Positions 34,071 through 43,147 of a DNA stretch of 64,000 nt are shown here, one piece after another. Position numbers and translations under genes: made by a program. The stretch is taken from positions 96,001-160,000 of the forward strand of contig CAWFCQ010000008.1 in NCBI GenBank assembly GCA_963814375.1, given 5' to 3'. This DNA is from an uncultured Chloroflexia bacterium. Its GTDB lineage: Bacteria > Chloroflexota > Limnocylindria > QHBO01. The notes under the pieces are model-generated. The model had not been told where the DNA came from. It saw only the letters and a list, made by a program, of their open reading frames with translations, and did not search any database. The stretch's first letter is position 1, and the number at the start of each line of letters is the position of its first letter.

Positions 34071-34098
34071 CTTACCGGTGCATTACCAGCCGCTTACC
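34071..34098 (-). promoter_or_regulatory. Triple direct repeat GGTAA(G/T) with 11-bp period
   Basis: TTACC at 34072, 34083 and 34094, upstream of the peptide gene. Confidence 0.6.
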
Positions 34099-34131
34099 GA
34101 CGGCGGCGTACTCGAGCTGCCGGATGGTCGA

Positions 34132-34968
34132 TCAGCCGCCGACCGAGATCAGCACGATGCCGACGATTGCCAGTGCTACGCCGAGCTGGCCGAGGCGCGG
34201 CAGCCGCTCGTCGAGCACGACGCGGGCGAGCACCAGCGTGACGATCGGATAGAGGCCGACGAGCGCCGCCGCCAGGCCGATGTGCATCTCCTCGCGGGCG
34301 ATGACATAGAGGGCGTTGCCGCCGACGTCGAAGAGGCCGGCGGCGACCAGGACAGCCCACGGCACGGTCGATCGATCGAAACCGCGGGCGATGACGACCG
34401 CGGCGGCGAGCGCCGCCGACATCGCGCGGCTGAAGACGAGCGCCCAGAGTGGATCGCCGGCCCGCGCGGCTAGGTCAATGAGGACGTACCAGGCCCCGAA
34501 GCCGAGCGCCGCCAGAGCTGCCAGCCCGAGCGCCTGCCGGCCGACCTCGTCTCGCGAGGCGCCACCGGCTGCGGCCGCCGCGCCCGCTGCGCATGCGACT
34601 CCGACCAGCTGCGGCGCCGTGATCGCGCTGCCGAGGAGCGCACCGGCGACCAGGGGAATGGCGAGCGATCCGGACCCGGCGAGCGATGTGACGAGGCCCA
34701 TGCTGCCGATCGACATCCCGCGGTACAGCGCGGCGAGACCCACCACGCCGGCGAGTCCCGCGGCGGCCCCGATGAAGATCGCGCCGGGGTCGGGGAATGG
34801 CGGCCGGACGACCAGCAACCCGACGAGAAGGGCGACGAGCCCGATCCCATGGGCGCCAGCGACAGCCACGAGCGCCCCAGCGCGTCGGGCGGCGAAGGCT
34901 CCGGCGAAGTCGCCCGCGCCGAAGGAGAGTGCTCCGAGCAGCCCGGCGACGACTCCGGTCAGCGGCAT
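34132..34968 (-). CDS. EamA/DMT family transporter
   Basis: About 10 TM segments; FGAGDF.G, LYP.VT.VLA..VL.ER. Confidence 0.9.
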   Translation of the reverse strand: MPLTGVVAGLLGALSFGAGDFAGAFAARRAGALVAVAGAHGIGLVALLVGLLVVRPPFPDPGAIFIGAAAGLAGVVGLAALYRGMSIGSMGLVTSLAGSGSLAIPLVAGALLGSAITAPQLVGVACAAGAAAAAGGASRDEVGRQALGLAALAALGFGAWYVLIDLAARAGDPLWALVFSRAMSAALAAAVVIARGFDRSTVPWAVLVAAGLFDVGGNALYVIAREEMHIGLAAALVGLYPIVTLVLARVVLDERLPRLGQLGVALAIVGIVLISVGG

Positions 34969-35120
34969 GGGCTCCTCTCAGCGTGTCGTTCTGGTCCCGG
35001 ATCCGACTCTAGCGCGGTCCGCGGCGCTGCGACGGAGCCGGAATCCGCCCTCACGGTCGCCCGGCGACACCGATCCCGTTGCCACGACCGCGTTGTGCGG
35101 CGGATTTCGCAGTCTTGACC

Positions 35121-35150
35121 TTGACACTCCAACCTCGCCGGTCTGATAGT
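35121..35150 (+). promoter_or_regulatory. Sigma70-type promoter of the polyamine ABC operon
   Basis: TTGACA-N18-GATAGT. Confidence 0.6.
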
Positions 35151-35230
35151 GCGCGGAGCCCTGAGCGACCACCTCCGAGCCGCCGGATCTTGCGCTGGCG
35201 CGGGCGGTCGCCCGGCTGCACGAGGTGTGC

Positions 35231-36340
35231 GTGGCGGTCGAATCCAGTCAGGCGAACGCGGCGGAGACACGGGGCGAGCGGCCGGCGGCCGTGCGGCTCG
35301 AGGGCATCGTCAAGCGCTTCGGTGAGGTGACGGCGGTCGCCGGGATCGATCTCGAGATCGCCGATGGCGAGTTCTTCAGCATGCTCGGGCCATCGGGGTC
35401 GGGCAAGACCTCCACGCTGAGGATGATTGCCGGCTTCGAGCTGCCGACCGAGGGGACGATCTGGCTTCACGGCCACGACGTCACGGGTGTGCCCCCCTTC
35501 GATCGGGACGTCAACACCGTCTTCCAGGATTACGCGCTCTTCCCGCACATGACGGTCGATGACAATGTCGCCTACGGCCTCGTCGTGCGTGGCGTCCGCG
35601 GCGCTGAACGGCGCGCGCGGGTGACCGAGGCGCTCCGCATGGTGCGACTCGAGGGCTACGAGGCGCGGCGCCCGGCGCAGCTGTCAGGCGGCCAGCGCCA
35701 GCGCGTCGCATTGGCCAGAGCGCTCGTCAACCGGCCGCGGGTTCTGCTCCTCGATGAACCGCTCGGCGCCCTCGACCTGAAGCTGCGCGAGGAGATGCAG
35801 ATCGAGCTCAAGGCAATCCAGGCACAGGTCGGCATCACGTTCATCTATGTCACGCACGACCAGGAGGAGGCGCTCACGATGAGCAACCGCCTGGCCGTCT
35901 TCAACCAGGGCAGCATCGAGCAGGTCGGAACCCCGGCCGACGTGTACGAGCATCCGGCGACGACATTCGTCTCCGGGTTCGTGGGGACGTCGAACCTGCT
36001 CACCGGCGACGCGGCTCACGCCGTCATCGGAGCGGACGGCACCTTCACGATTCGCCCGGAGAAGCTCCGCCTGGCCGATCCGGCCGAGACGCCCGCCGAC
36101 GACGAGGGCTCGGCGCTCGGCACGATCCGCGAGATCGTCTATCTCGGGCCAGACACGCGATACATCGTGGCGCTGGAGACAGGCAGTGAGCTTGTCGTGA
36201 CCCAGCAGAACCTGCAGACATCGTCGATGGAGGCGCTCTCCGCGCAAGGCCGAGCCGTGCGGCTCGTCTGGAAGCGTCGCCACGTATTGAGCCTTGCGCG
36301 AAGCGAATCATCGGGGGCATCGGAGGAAGAACCTGCATGA
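35231..36340 (+). CDS. Polyamine-type ABC ATP-binding subunit (PotA/YdcT-like)
   Basis: GPSGSGKT, VFQDYALFPH, LSGGQRQR, LLLDEP, TOBE-like C-terminus. Confidence 0.93.
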   Translation: MAVESSQANAAETRGERPAAVRLEGIVKRFGEVTAVAGIDLEIADGEFFSMLGPSGSGKTSTLRMIAGFELPTEGTIWLHGHDVTGVPPFDRDVNTVFQDYALFPHMTVDDNVAYGLVVRGVRGAERRARVTEALRMVRLEGYEARRPAQLSGGQRQRVALARALVNRPRVLLLDEPLGALDLKLREEMQIELKAIQAQVGITFIYVTHDQEEALTMSNRLAVFNQGSIEQVGTPADVYEHPATTFVSGFVGTSNLLTGDAAHAVIGADGTFTIRPEKLRLADPAETPADDEGSALGTIREIVYLGPDTRYIVALETGSELVVTQQNLQTSSMEALSAQGRAVRLVWKRRHVLSLARSESSGASEEEPA

Positions 36341-37497
36341 GACACCTGCGCATACCCGTCCTCTTCGTGGTCCTCGGCCTGCTGGTCGCGGCCTGCGGCA
36401 CGGGGGACGAGCCATCCGCCAGCGCGATCACCGAGATCGGCGAGGGAGAGGGCGAGCTCAACCTGGTCATCTGGGCCGGCTACGCCGAGAGCGGCGAAGC
36501 CGATGCGGCCTACGACTGGGTCACGCCGTTCGAGGAGGAGACAGGCTGTATCGTCAACACCCAGGACATGAGTGACTCGAACAACGGCGTGTCTCTCATC
36601 GAGTCGGGCCAGTACGACGGCATCTCGGCGTCCGGTGACGCCACGACCCGGCTGATCGCCAGCGGGCTGGCGGCGCCGGTCAACACGGACATCTTCGAGA
36701 ATTACGATGCCGTCTTCGATGGGCTCAAGGACCTGCCGCACAACACCGTCGACGGTGTGAACTATGGCGTGCCACACGGGCGAGGCGCGAATGTGCTCGC
36801 GTGGAACACGGAAGAGGTCACGGAAGCGCCGTCGAGCTGGGATGTCATCTGGGAGCAGGGCTCCGACCATGCGGGTGACATCAGCATCTACGACTCGTCG
36901 ATCTTCATCGCCGATGCCGCGCTGCACCTGATGACCACGCAGCCCGATCTCGGGATCGAGAACCCGTACCAGCTCAACCAGGAGCAGTTCGACGCGGCGA
37001 TCGCGCTGCTCGAGGAGCTCGACGCCAACGATCCGCTCTACTGGGGTGCGGCCGCCGACCAGATCGGCTCGTTCGAGTCGGGTGACGTCGTGGTCGGGAC
37101 GACGTGGCAGTACCAGGTGAATGTCGCCGAGGCACCGCTTGAGGCGACCCTGCCTGATGAAGGATCAACCGGCTGGTCGGACACGTGGATGATGTACTCG
37201 GAGGCCGAGCATCCGAACTGCATGCTCATGTGGATGGACCACATGATGGCGCCGGAGGTGTCGGCCATGGCCACGGTCTGGTTCGGTGAGGCGCCCACCA
37301 GCGAGGCGGCGTGCGAGGCCGCAGAGGAGCTCTCGCCCGGTCACTGCGAGACGTTCCACGCAACCGACGAGGATTACTTCGACCGCGTCTGGTTCTGGAG
37401 CACCCCGCAGGAGGACTGCGCCGATGACGACGACGCGACCGAGTGCGTGACCCAGGAAGCATGGGTGGACGCCTGGACCACGCTCCGCGGGGGCTGA
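36337..37497 (+). CDS. Polyamine-type ABC substrate-binding lipoprotein (PotD/YdcS-like)
   Basis: VAAC lipobox, W.GY, FEEETGC, EGSTGWSDTWM. Confidence 0.9.
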   Translation: MRHLRIPVLFVVLGLLVAACGTGDEPSASAITEIGEGEGELNLVIWAGYAESGEADAAYDWVTPFEEETGCIVNTQDMSDSNNGVSLIESGQYDGISASGDATTRLIASGLAAPVNTDIFENYDAVFDGLKDLPHNTVDGVNYGVPHGRGANVLAWNTEEVTEAPSSWDVIWEQGSDHAGDISIYDSSIFIADAALHLMTTQPDLGIENPYQLNQEQFDAAIALLEELDANDPLYWGAAADQIGSFESGDVVVGTTWQYQVNVAEAPLEATLPDEGSTGWSDTWMMYSEAEHPNCMLMWMDHMMAPEVSAMATVWFGEAPTSEAACEAAEELSPGHCETFHATDEDYFDRVWFWSTPQEDCADDDDATECVTQEAWVDAWTTLRGG

Positions 37498-37522
37498 TTC
37501 ACGCCTCGACCTGCTGAGCCCG

Positions 37523-37556
37523 ATGCTCCCCGGGGATTCGTCCTCGGGGAGCATCC
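37523..37556 (+). terminator. Intra-operon stem-loop after the binding-protein gene
   Basis: gatgctccccgggga-ttcg-tcctcggggagcatc. Confidence 0.7.
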
Positions 37557-37589
37557 TTCGGCCCTGACTCATGAGCCACCGCTGAGCCG

Positions 37590-38501
37590 ATGACGACTCC
37601 AGAAACTGCGACGTCCGCGGACCCTGGCGCGCCACGGCGCATGCGGCGGCTTGCTGGCTGGCTCCACGCACGGCCGAGGACCCAGCGCCGGCTGCTCCTC
37701 GCCGCCCCGATGGCGTGGATGGCCATCGCCTACCTCGGCTCTCTCTTCGTCCTGCTGCTCAATGCCTTCTGGGACACGAACAGCTTCACGGGCCAGGTCG
37801 AGCCCTTCAACTGGAGCCTCGATGCGTTCGAGACCATCGTCTCGAATCCCGTGTACCAGACGATCGCGGTCCGGACGATCGCGATCGCCGCCGCCGTGAC
37901 CGTCACCGACGCCCTCCTCGCCTTCCCGATCGCCTACTACCTGGCGCGCGTGGCGTCGCCGCGCGTGCGCGGCGCGCTGCTGGTGGCGATCCTCATGCCG
38001 CTGTGGGCGGCGTACCTGGTCAAGGTCTACGCGTGGCGCACGATCCTCCAGGAGAACGGGTTCCTGGAGTGGGCGCTGTCGCCGTTCGGGGTCGACGCGC
38101 CCGGCCTGGGACAGATCCTCAACGCATGGCTCGTGCTCAGCTATCTCTGGCTGCCGTACATGATCCTGCCGATCTACGCCGGGCTCGAGCGAATCCCCAA
38201 CTCGCTGCTCGAGGCCTCCGCCGATCTCGGCGGGCGCGGGTTCGTCACGTTCCGGCGCGTGATCCTGCCGCTCGTCTTCCCGGCCCTGGTGGCGGGGTCG
38301 ATATTCACCTTCTCGTTGACCCTCGGCGACTACATCACGCCGGACCTCGTCGCCGATGCCAAGTTCATCGGGAACGTCATCTATGACAACTCGAGCCTCG
38401 GCAACCTCCCGTTGGCCGCGGCGTACTCGCTCATCCCGATCGCGATCATGGTCGTCTATCTCCTCATCGCCCGGCGTCTCGGCGCCTTCGACTCGCTGTG
38501 A
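37590..38501 (+). CDS. ABC permease (PotB-like)
   Basis: LPYMILPIY, EASADLG EAA loop, LGDYITP. Confidence 0.92.
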   Translation: MTTPETATSADPGAPRRMRRLAGWLHARPRTQRRLLLAAPMAWMAIAYLGSLFVLLLNAFWDTNSFTGQVEPFNWSLDAFETIVSNPVYQTIAVRTIAIAAAVTVTDALLAFPIAYYLARVASPRVRGALLVAILMPLWAAYLVKVYAWRTILQENGFLEWALSPFGVDAPGLGQILNAWLVLSYLWLPYMILPIYAGLERIPNSLLEASADLGGRGFVTFRRVILPLVFPALVAGSIFTFSLTLGDYITPDLVADAKFIGNVIYDNSSLGNLPLAAAYSLIPIAIMVVYLLIARRLGAFDSL

Positions 38502-38514
38502 GGGGTGTGCACCG

Positions 38515-39318
38515 ATGACCGAGTCACGCCTGGTGCGCATCGGCCTTCGGGTGGTGTCTGCGCTCGTCCTCGCCTTCCTCTATCTCCCCCTCATCATCCT
38601 CGCCATCTACGCCTTCAACGAGGGACGGTCGCAGGCGTGGCCGCCGAGCGGGCTCGGGCTCGATTGGTTCGCCGATGCAGCGGGCAATCCGGCGATCAGA
38701 GAGGCCCTGCTGAACTCCCTCATCGCGGCGTCCGGGGCGACCCTGATCGCCCTCGTGCTTGGCACGCTTGCCGCGCTCGCCGTCCAGCGCTTCACCTTCT
38801 TCGGCCGCGAGACGATCTCGTTCCTCTTCGTGCTGCCGATTGCGCTCCCGGGCGTGGTGACCGGCATAGCGCTGCGCACGACGTTCCAGACCGCCGGCGT
38901 CGACTTCGGGCTGATGACGATCATCGTCGGGCACGCCACGTTCTGCGTGGTCATCGCCTACAACAACGTGATCGCCCGCCTACGGCGCGTACCGAAGAGC
39001 CCCGAAGAGGCGTCGGCCGACCTCGGCGCCGACACGTGGACGACCTTCCGACGGGTCACCCTGCCCGCGATGCGGACGGCGCTGCTCTCCGGAGCCCTGC
39101 TGGCGTTCGCGCTGTCGTTCGACGAGATCATCGTCACGAACTTCACCGCCGGCCCGGGCACGCAGACGATTCCGATGTGGATCTACTCGGCCATCCAGCG
39201 GCCGAACGAGCTGCCGGTCGTCAACGTGGTGGCGTTCGTCCTGATCCTGGTCTCGATCATCCCGGTCTACCTCGCGCAGCGCATCAGCGGCGAGGCGGGA
39301 GGTGGCGGCCGGTACTGA
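38515..39318 (+). CDS. ABC permease (PotC-like)
   Basis: FLYLP, EEASADLGA, FALSFDE. Confidence 0.92.
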   Translation: MTESRLVRIGLRVVSALVLAFLYLPLIILAIYAFNEGRSQAWPPSGLGLDWFADAAGNPAIREALLNSLIAASGATLIALVLGTLAALAVQRFTFFGRETISFLFVLPIALPGVVTGIALRTTFQTAGVDFGLMTIIVGHATFCVVIAYNNVIARLRRVPKSPEEASADLGADTWTTFRRVTLPAMRTALLSGALLAFALSFDEIIVTNFTAGPGTQTIPMWIYSAIQRPNELPVVNVVAFVLILVSIIPVYLAQRISGEAGGGGRY

Positions 39319-39410
39319 CCGATTCGTCCGGTGCAGACGGGATCGATCGGTCGTACCCTAGGCGCCAGCCGGCCACCCGAGCGCCGGGTTTTAGGGGAGA
39401 GCCACCCGCC

Positions 39411-41153
39411 GTGTCCATCTCGAGCACCTCGGCAAGCCTGCCTGTCTGGCGCGTCGCGGTCATCGGCATCGTCGGCCTCCTGGCCGTCGGCATCGGTGTC
39501 GCGGCGGGAGCGTTCCTCCTCAACACCCGTGCCGCGGCCCTCGGCGCCGGAGCGGCCTACGTGCCGGCCAGCGCCCCGCTCTACTTCGAGGTGCGCATCG
39601 AGCCATCGAGCGACGAGGATGTCGCGCTGCGCGAGCTGCTCGGCAGATTCCCGCCGATCGAGGGCATCGACCTCGCGCAGCCGCTCTACAGCCAGCTGGT
39701 CGAGAGTCTCGACGAGATGCTCCTCGAGGAGGGCGCCGAGCTCAGCTGGTCCGAGGACATCGAGCCGTGGTTCGATGGCACTGTCGCCGCAGCCGTGCTC
39801 GAGATTCCCACCGAAGCGCTCGGCGCGCAGACCGATCCGATGGAGGCGGCGATGGAGCCTCCCATGGTCGTCCTGATTGGCGTGACCGACCGCGCCGCCG
39901 CCGAGGCCGCGATCGCGGACCTCTTCGCCCAATCTCCAGACGGCCCGACGGAGTTCACCGAGCAGGTGCACGACGGCGTCACGATCCGGTCCGACGTCGA
40001 GGAGCAAGGCGCCTACGCGGTCACCGACGATCAGCTGATCGTCGCTCCCGGGCCCGATGACATCATCGCCGCGCTCGACGCTCACGGCAGCGGCGAGGCG
40101 GCGCTTTCCGGGGCCGAGTCGTTCGCTGAGATGGCTGCAGCGCTGCCCGACGATTGGCTCGCCTTCAGCTTCTACGACTTTACCGATCTGATGGCCGCAG
40201 CGCTCGCGCAGGCCGGCGCCGAGTCGCCCGCGATGGCGGACGCGCTGGCCCCGTTGCTCGAGAGCCAGCCGCTTCGCGGCGCGGTGGCGGTCACCGCTGC
40301 CGGCGATCGGATCGCGGTCGACGCGACGACCGACGCGCCGACGGGGCCGTTCGCGGCCACCAACACGGATCGTGGCCTGGCCGACGAGGTGCCGGGCGAC
40401 GTCCTGTACTACGCAGAGGGCGGCAGCATCGGCACCTCGCTCGGCGCGCTCATCGGCCCCATCAAGGACGCTGCCGCCGAGACGCCGGAGGGAGCCGAGG
40501 GGGTCGCCATGATCGAGGCGGCGCTCGGCGCTGATCTGGAGGAGGTCGTCGCCTGGATCGGCGACGGCGCCATGGCCGTTGGCTGGGACGGGAGCGAGCC
40601 GTACGGCGGCCTGGTCCTCGTGCCGACCGACATCGACGCGGCGGAGCGGCGGCTCGACCAGCTTGCCACCTTCGCGGGGCTCGGCTCGCTCGATCCGTCG
40701 AGCGGGATCAGCGTCGCCGAGCGCGAGGTCGGATCGGTGACCGTCACGGCCATCAGCTTCGAGGCTCCCGCCGAGATGATCGACCCGACGCTACCGGTCC
40801 CGGAGACGGTCACCGTCGAATACGCAGTCACCTCTGACCGTGTCATCGTCGGCGTCGGCGAGACGTTCGTGGATCGGGTCCTGGGACTCGATGCCGGCGA
40901 CTCGCTCGCCTCGAACGATCGCTTCACCGGTGCGGTGGACGACCTCGGCGGTCCGAACAACGCCGGTGTGGCGTGGGTCGACCTGACGGGCGTGCGCGAG
41001 GCAGTCGAGTCCGCGCTCCCGATGACGGGGGCCGACGCCGACAAGTACACGACCGAGATTCAGCCCTGGCTGCTGCCACTCGATCGGCTCGTGGCCGTGA
41101 CGCGGCTCGAGGGCGACCAGCTCGTCCAGCGCTCGGCACTGCTGGTCGAGTGA
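39411..41153 (+). CDS. Membrane-anchored DUF3352-like protein
   Basis: N-terminal TM then an acidic domain with YVPA.A..Y and DIEPW.G and internal duplication. Confidence 0.75.
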   Translation: MSISSTSASLPVWRVAVIGIVGLLAVGIGVAAGAFLLNTRAAALGAGAAYVPASAPLYFEVRIEPSSDEDVALRELLGRFPPIEGIDLAQPLYSQLVESLDEMLLEEGAELSWSEDIEPWFDGTVAAAVLEIPTEALGAQTDPMEAAMEPPMVVLIGVTDRAAAEAAIADLFAQSPDGPTEFTEQVHDGVTIRSDVEEQGAYAVTDDQLIVAPGPDDIIAALDAHGSGEAALSGAESFAEMAAALPDDWLAFSFYDFTDLMAAALAQAGAESPAMADALAPLLESQPLRGAVAVTAAGDRIAVDATTDAPTGPFAATNTDRGLADEVPGDVLYYAEGGSIGTSLGALIGPIKDAAAETPEGAEGVAMIEAALGADLEEVVAWIGDGAMAVGWDGSEPYGGLVLVPTDIDAAERRLDQLATFAGLGSLDPSSGISVAEREVGSVTVTAISFEAPAEMIDPTLPVPETVTVEYAVTSDRVIVGVGETFVDRVLGLDAGDSLASNDRFTGAVDDLGGPNNAGVAWVDLTGVREAVESALPMTGADADKYTTEIQPWLLPLDRLVAVTRLEGDQLVQRSALLVE

Positions 41154-41476
41154 CCCCACGGGACCTGCCGCCGCCGCTGCGGCCGCTGGATCCCGCGAGT
41201 GGCTCCGGAGTCGGCCCTGCGCGCGACCTGATTCGCGACCACGGCCTCGAGCCGATGGTCTGGAGCAACGGCCCCGGATATCGCTACACGTCCCACATGC
41301 ACGCCACCACGAAGCTGCTGGTGTGCGCCGACGGCTCGATCACCTTCCTCGTGGGCGATGATTCGGTCCCCGTCGAGCTGCGGGCCGGTCAGGGGTTCGA
41401 GCTGCCGCCCGGCACCTGGCACGCTGCGGCGGTCGGCCCGGAGGGCTGCACCTGCGTCGAGGGGCATCGGCCCTAG
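41150..41476 (+). CDS. Cupin domain protein
   Basis: WSNGPG.RY..H.H...L..G....LPPGT.H.A. Confidence 0.85.
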   Translation: MTPRDLPPPLRPLDPASGSGVGPARDLIRDHGLEPMVWSNGPGYRYTSHMHATTKLLVCADGSITFLVGDDSVPVELRAGQGFELPPGTWHAAAVGPEGCTCVEGHRP

Positions 41477-41769
41477 CGCTTGGCTATCCGGTCCGCCGCC
41501 TTGCGGGCCTCGACCTCGAACGGGTTGTCGCGGTACCAGCTCCCGCCACTACGGCGCGCGCCGAGCGATGCGGCGAGGTAGGTGATGGGGAAGACCACCC
41601 CGTGCCGAGCCCACTGGCGGACATGCTCCAGCTCGTGCTCGAGCTCGGTCTCATCGAGCGTGCGCCAGGCGATGATCGTGCGTCCGAGCGTGATCGCCAG
41701 CCAGTTGTCGAGCACCACTCGTCCCGGGCGGCGCATCCAGGGCAGGACCAGCACGCGATGCGGGGTCAA
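41473..41769 (-). CDS. Small HExxH zincin-like protein (DUF4157-like)
   Basis: AITLG..I...HELEHVRQW...Y..NPFEVEA. Confidence 0.8.
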   Translation of the reverse strand: MTPHRVLVLPWMRRPGRVVLDNWLAITLGRTIIAWRTLDETELEHELEHVRQWARHGVVFPITYLAASLGARRSGGSWYRDNPFEVEARKAADRIAKR

Positions 41770-42692
41770 CGTTGCGGGTCGGGGTGGAGAAGGAGATCGC
41801 GCCGGTCTCCCCAGCGGTCGCGGAAGCGGTAGAAGTTGCGCTTGCTCAGCCGATCGCGCTCTGTCTCGGGCAGGCTCGTCCAGCCGCGGTGCTCATGGCG
41901 CTCGAGTGGCAGGGCCACGGTCCGGATGGCGCGCCAGCCCGCGTCGCGAACGGCGAAGCTGAAGTCGAGGTCCGCGTTGCGATACCAACGGAAACGCCGG
42001 TCGAAGCCGCGGACGGCGCGGAGCGCGTCGCGCCGCACCGCGAGGCAGTAGCCCTCGATGGCATCGACCTCTCCGGGCGGCGCCTCGGAGAACTCGCGGG
42101 CGTCGCCGCTCGTTACGCCCCAGCCACCGGCGACGCCGACGTCCGGATCGGCGAGGGCTGCCAGCAGCGGCGAGACGAAGTCGCCGACCGGCTCGAGCGA
42201 AGTGTCGAGGAGCACGGTCGCCTCGCCCCCGGAGCTGCGCATCCCGAGCGTCCGGCTGTCGGCCCAGCCGAGCCGGCCCTCGGTGGCAAGCATCACTGGC
42301 TCGACGGGAAGCTCGACAGCGGCCACGAGGCCCGCGACCTCGAAATCGGGCGCGTTGACCACCAGGACCAGCTCCCAGGCCACCGGCGGCGGATGCGCCG
42401 CCAGCCCGCGCAGGCAGCGCTCGAGATCGTCGGGATGGTCCTCCGCCACCACCTGGATCGATGCCTGCACCGTGGCGTCAGCATCGAGCCGCTCCGCCCC
42501 GTCCGCGGCCGTCTGCGGGCGAGTCAGCGCGGGTCGAGCGGTCGAGCCATCGAGGCTGTCGACGACCTCCCAGCCGAGTTCGGCCAGCTCGTCGCGGATC
42601 GCATCGGCGCGATGCCAGTCCCGGTCCGAGCGCGCCGCCGAGCGCTCGTCGAGCAGGCGTCGGACATCGTCGGGAAGGGTCGGGGAGGGCAT
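41766..42692 (-). CDS. GT2 glycosyltransferase with N-terminal CysS/YqeB C-terminal-like domain
   Basis: L..R..AR...DW..AD.IRDEL...G..V.D...G, then a GT-A fold (ELVLVVN, LLDTS, GFDRRF..Y..D.DFS). Confidence 0.85.
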   Translation of the reverse strand: MPSPTLPDDVRRLLDERSAARSDRDWHRADAIRDELAELGWEVVDSLDGSTARPALTRPQTAADGAERLDADATVQASIQVVAEDHPDDLERCLRGLAAHPPPVAWELVLVVNAPDFEVAGLVAAVELPVEPVMLATEGRLGWADSRTLGMRSSGGEATVLLDTSLEPVGDFVSPLLAALADPDVGVAGGWGVTSGDAREFSEAPPGEVDAIEGYCLAVRRDALRAVRGFDRRFRWYRNADLDFSFAVRDAGWRAIRTVALPLERHEHRGWTSLPETERDRLSKRNFYRFRDRWGDRRDLLLHPDPQR

Positions 42693-42842
42693 GAAACGGA
42701 AGTACTCCTGCCCCTGGCCCGAATGTACCGGGCGGCGAGAGGGCACCGCAACCTTACTATCCGGCCACGAGCCGCACCTTTCCGCACCTGCCCGTGCGGA
42801 CGGCACGTGCGAAGTGCCCGAACACGAGGTCGAACGCAACCG

Positions 42843-43028
42843 ATGATGACGAACGAAGTCGGGAAGCTGCTGACGGCGGCCGAGGTCGCCGAGATGCTGC
42901 ACCTGCACGTCAACACCGTCAAGCGTCTCGGAGACCGCGGCGAGCTTCCCTTCTTCCGGGTCTGCAAGCGTGGTGACCGTCGCTTCCGGTACGACGACGT
43001 GCTCGACTTCCTGCACCGCGCCAAGTAG
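42843..43028 (+). CDS. Small MerR-like/excisionase HTH (BldC-like) DNA-binding protein
   Basis: LLTAAEVAEMLHLHVNTVKR...GEL...R..RGDRRF; GAGG RBS; own terminator. Confidence 0.88.
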   Translation: MMTNEVGKLLTAAEVAEMLHLHVNTVKRLGDRGELPFFRVCKRGDRRFRYDDVLDFLHRAK

Positions 43029-43089
43029 CCCACCCCAATTGAATGCCCCCGGCCGATTGCCGGGTGCGGGCCCTGCCAGGGGCCGCCGC

Positions 43090-43130
43090 GACGACCGCCG
43101 AGGTGCCATTTCTCGGCGGTCGTCTGTTTC
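43090..43130 (+). terminator. Intrinsic terminator
   Basis: gacgaccgccgag-N9-ctcggcggtcgtc followed by tgtttc. Confidence 0.8.
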
Positions 43131-43147
43131 TCGCATAATCGCGCGGC

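Noticed and set aside
42843-43028. Prophage excisionase
   Set aside because: No phage or integrase genes nearby; flanked by ordinary chromosomal genes.
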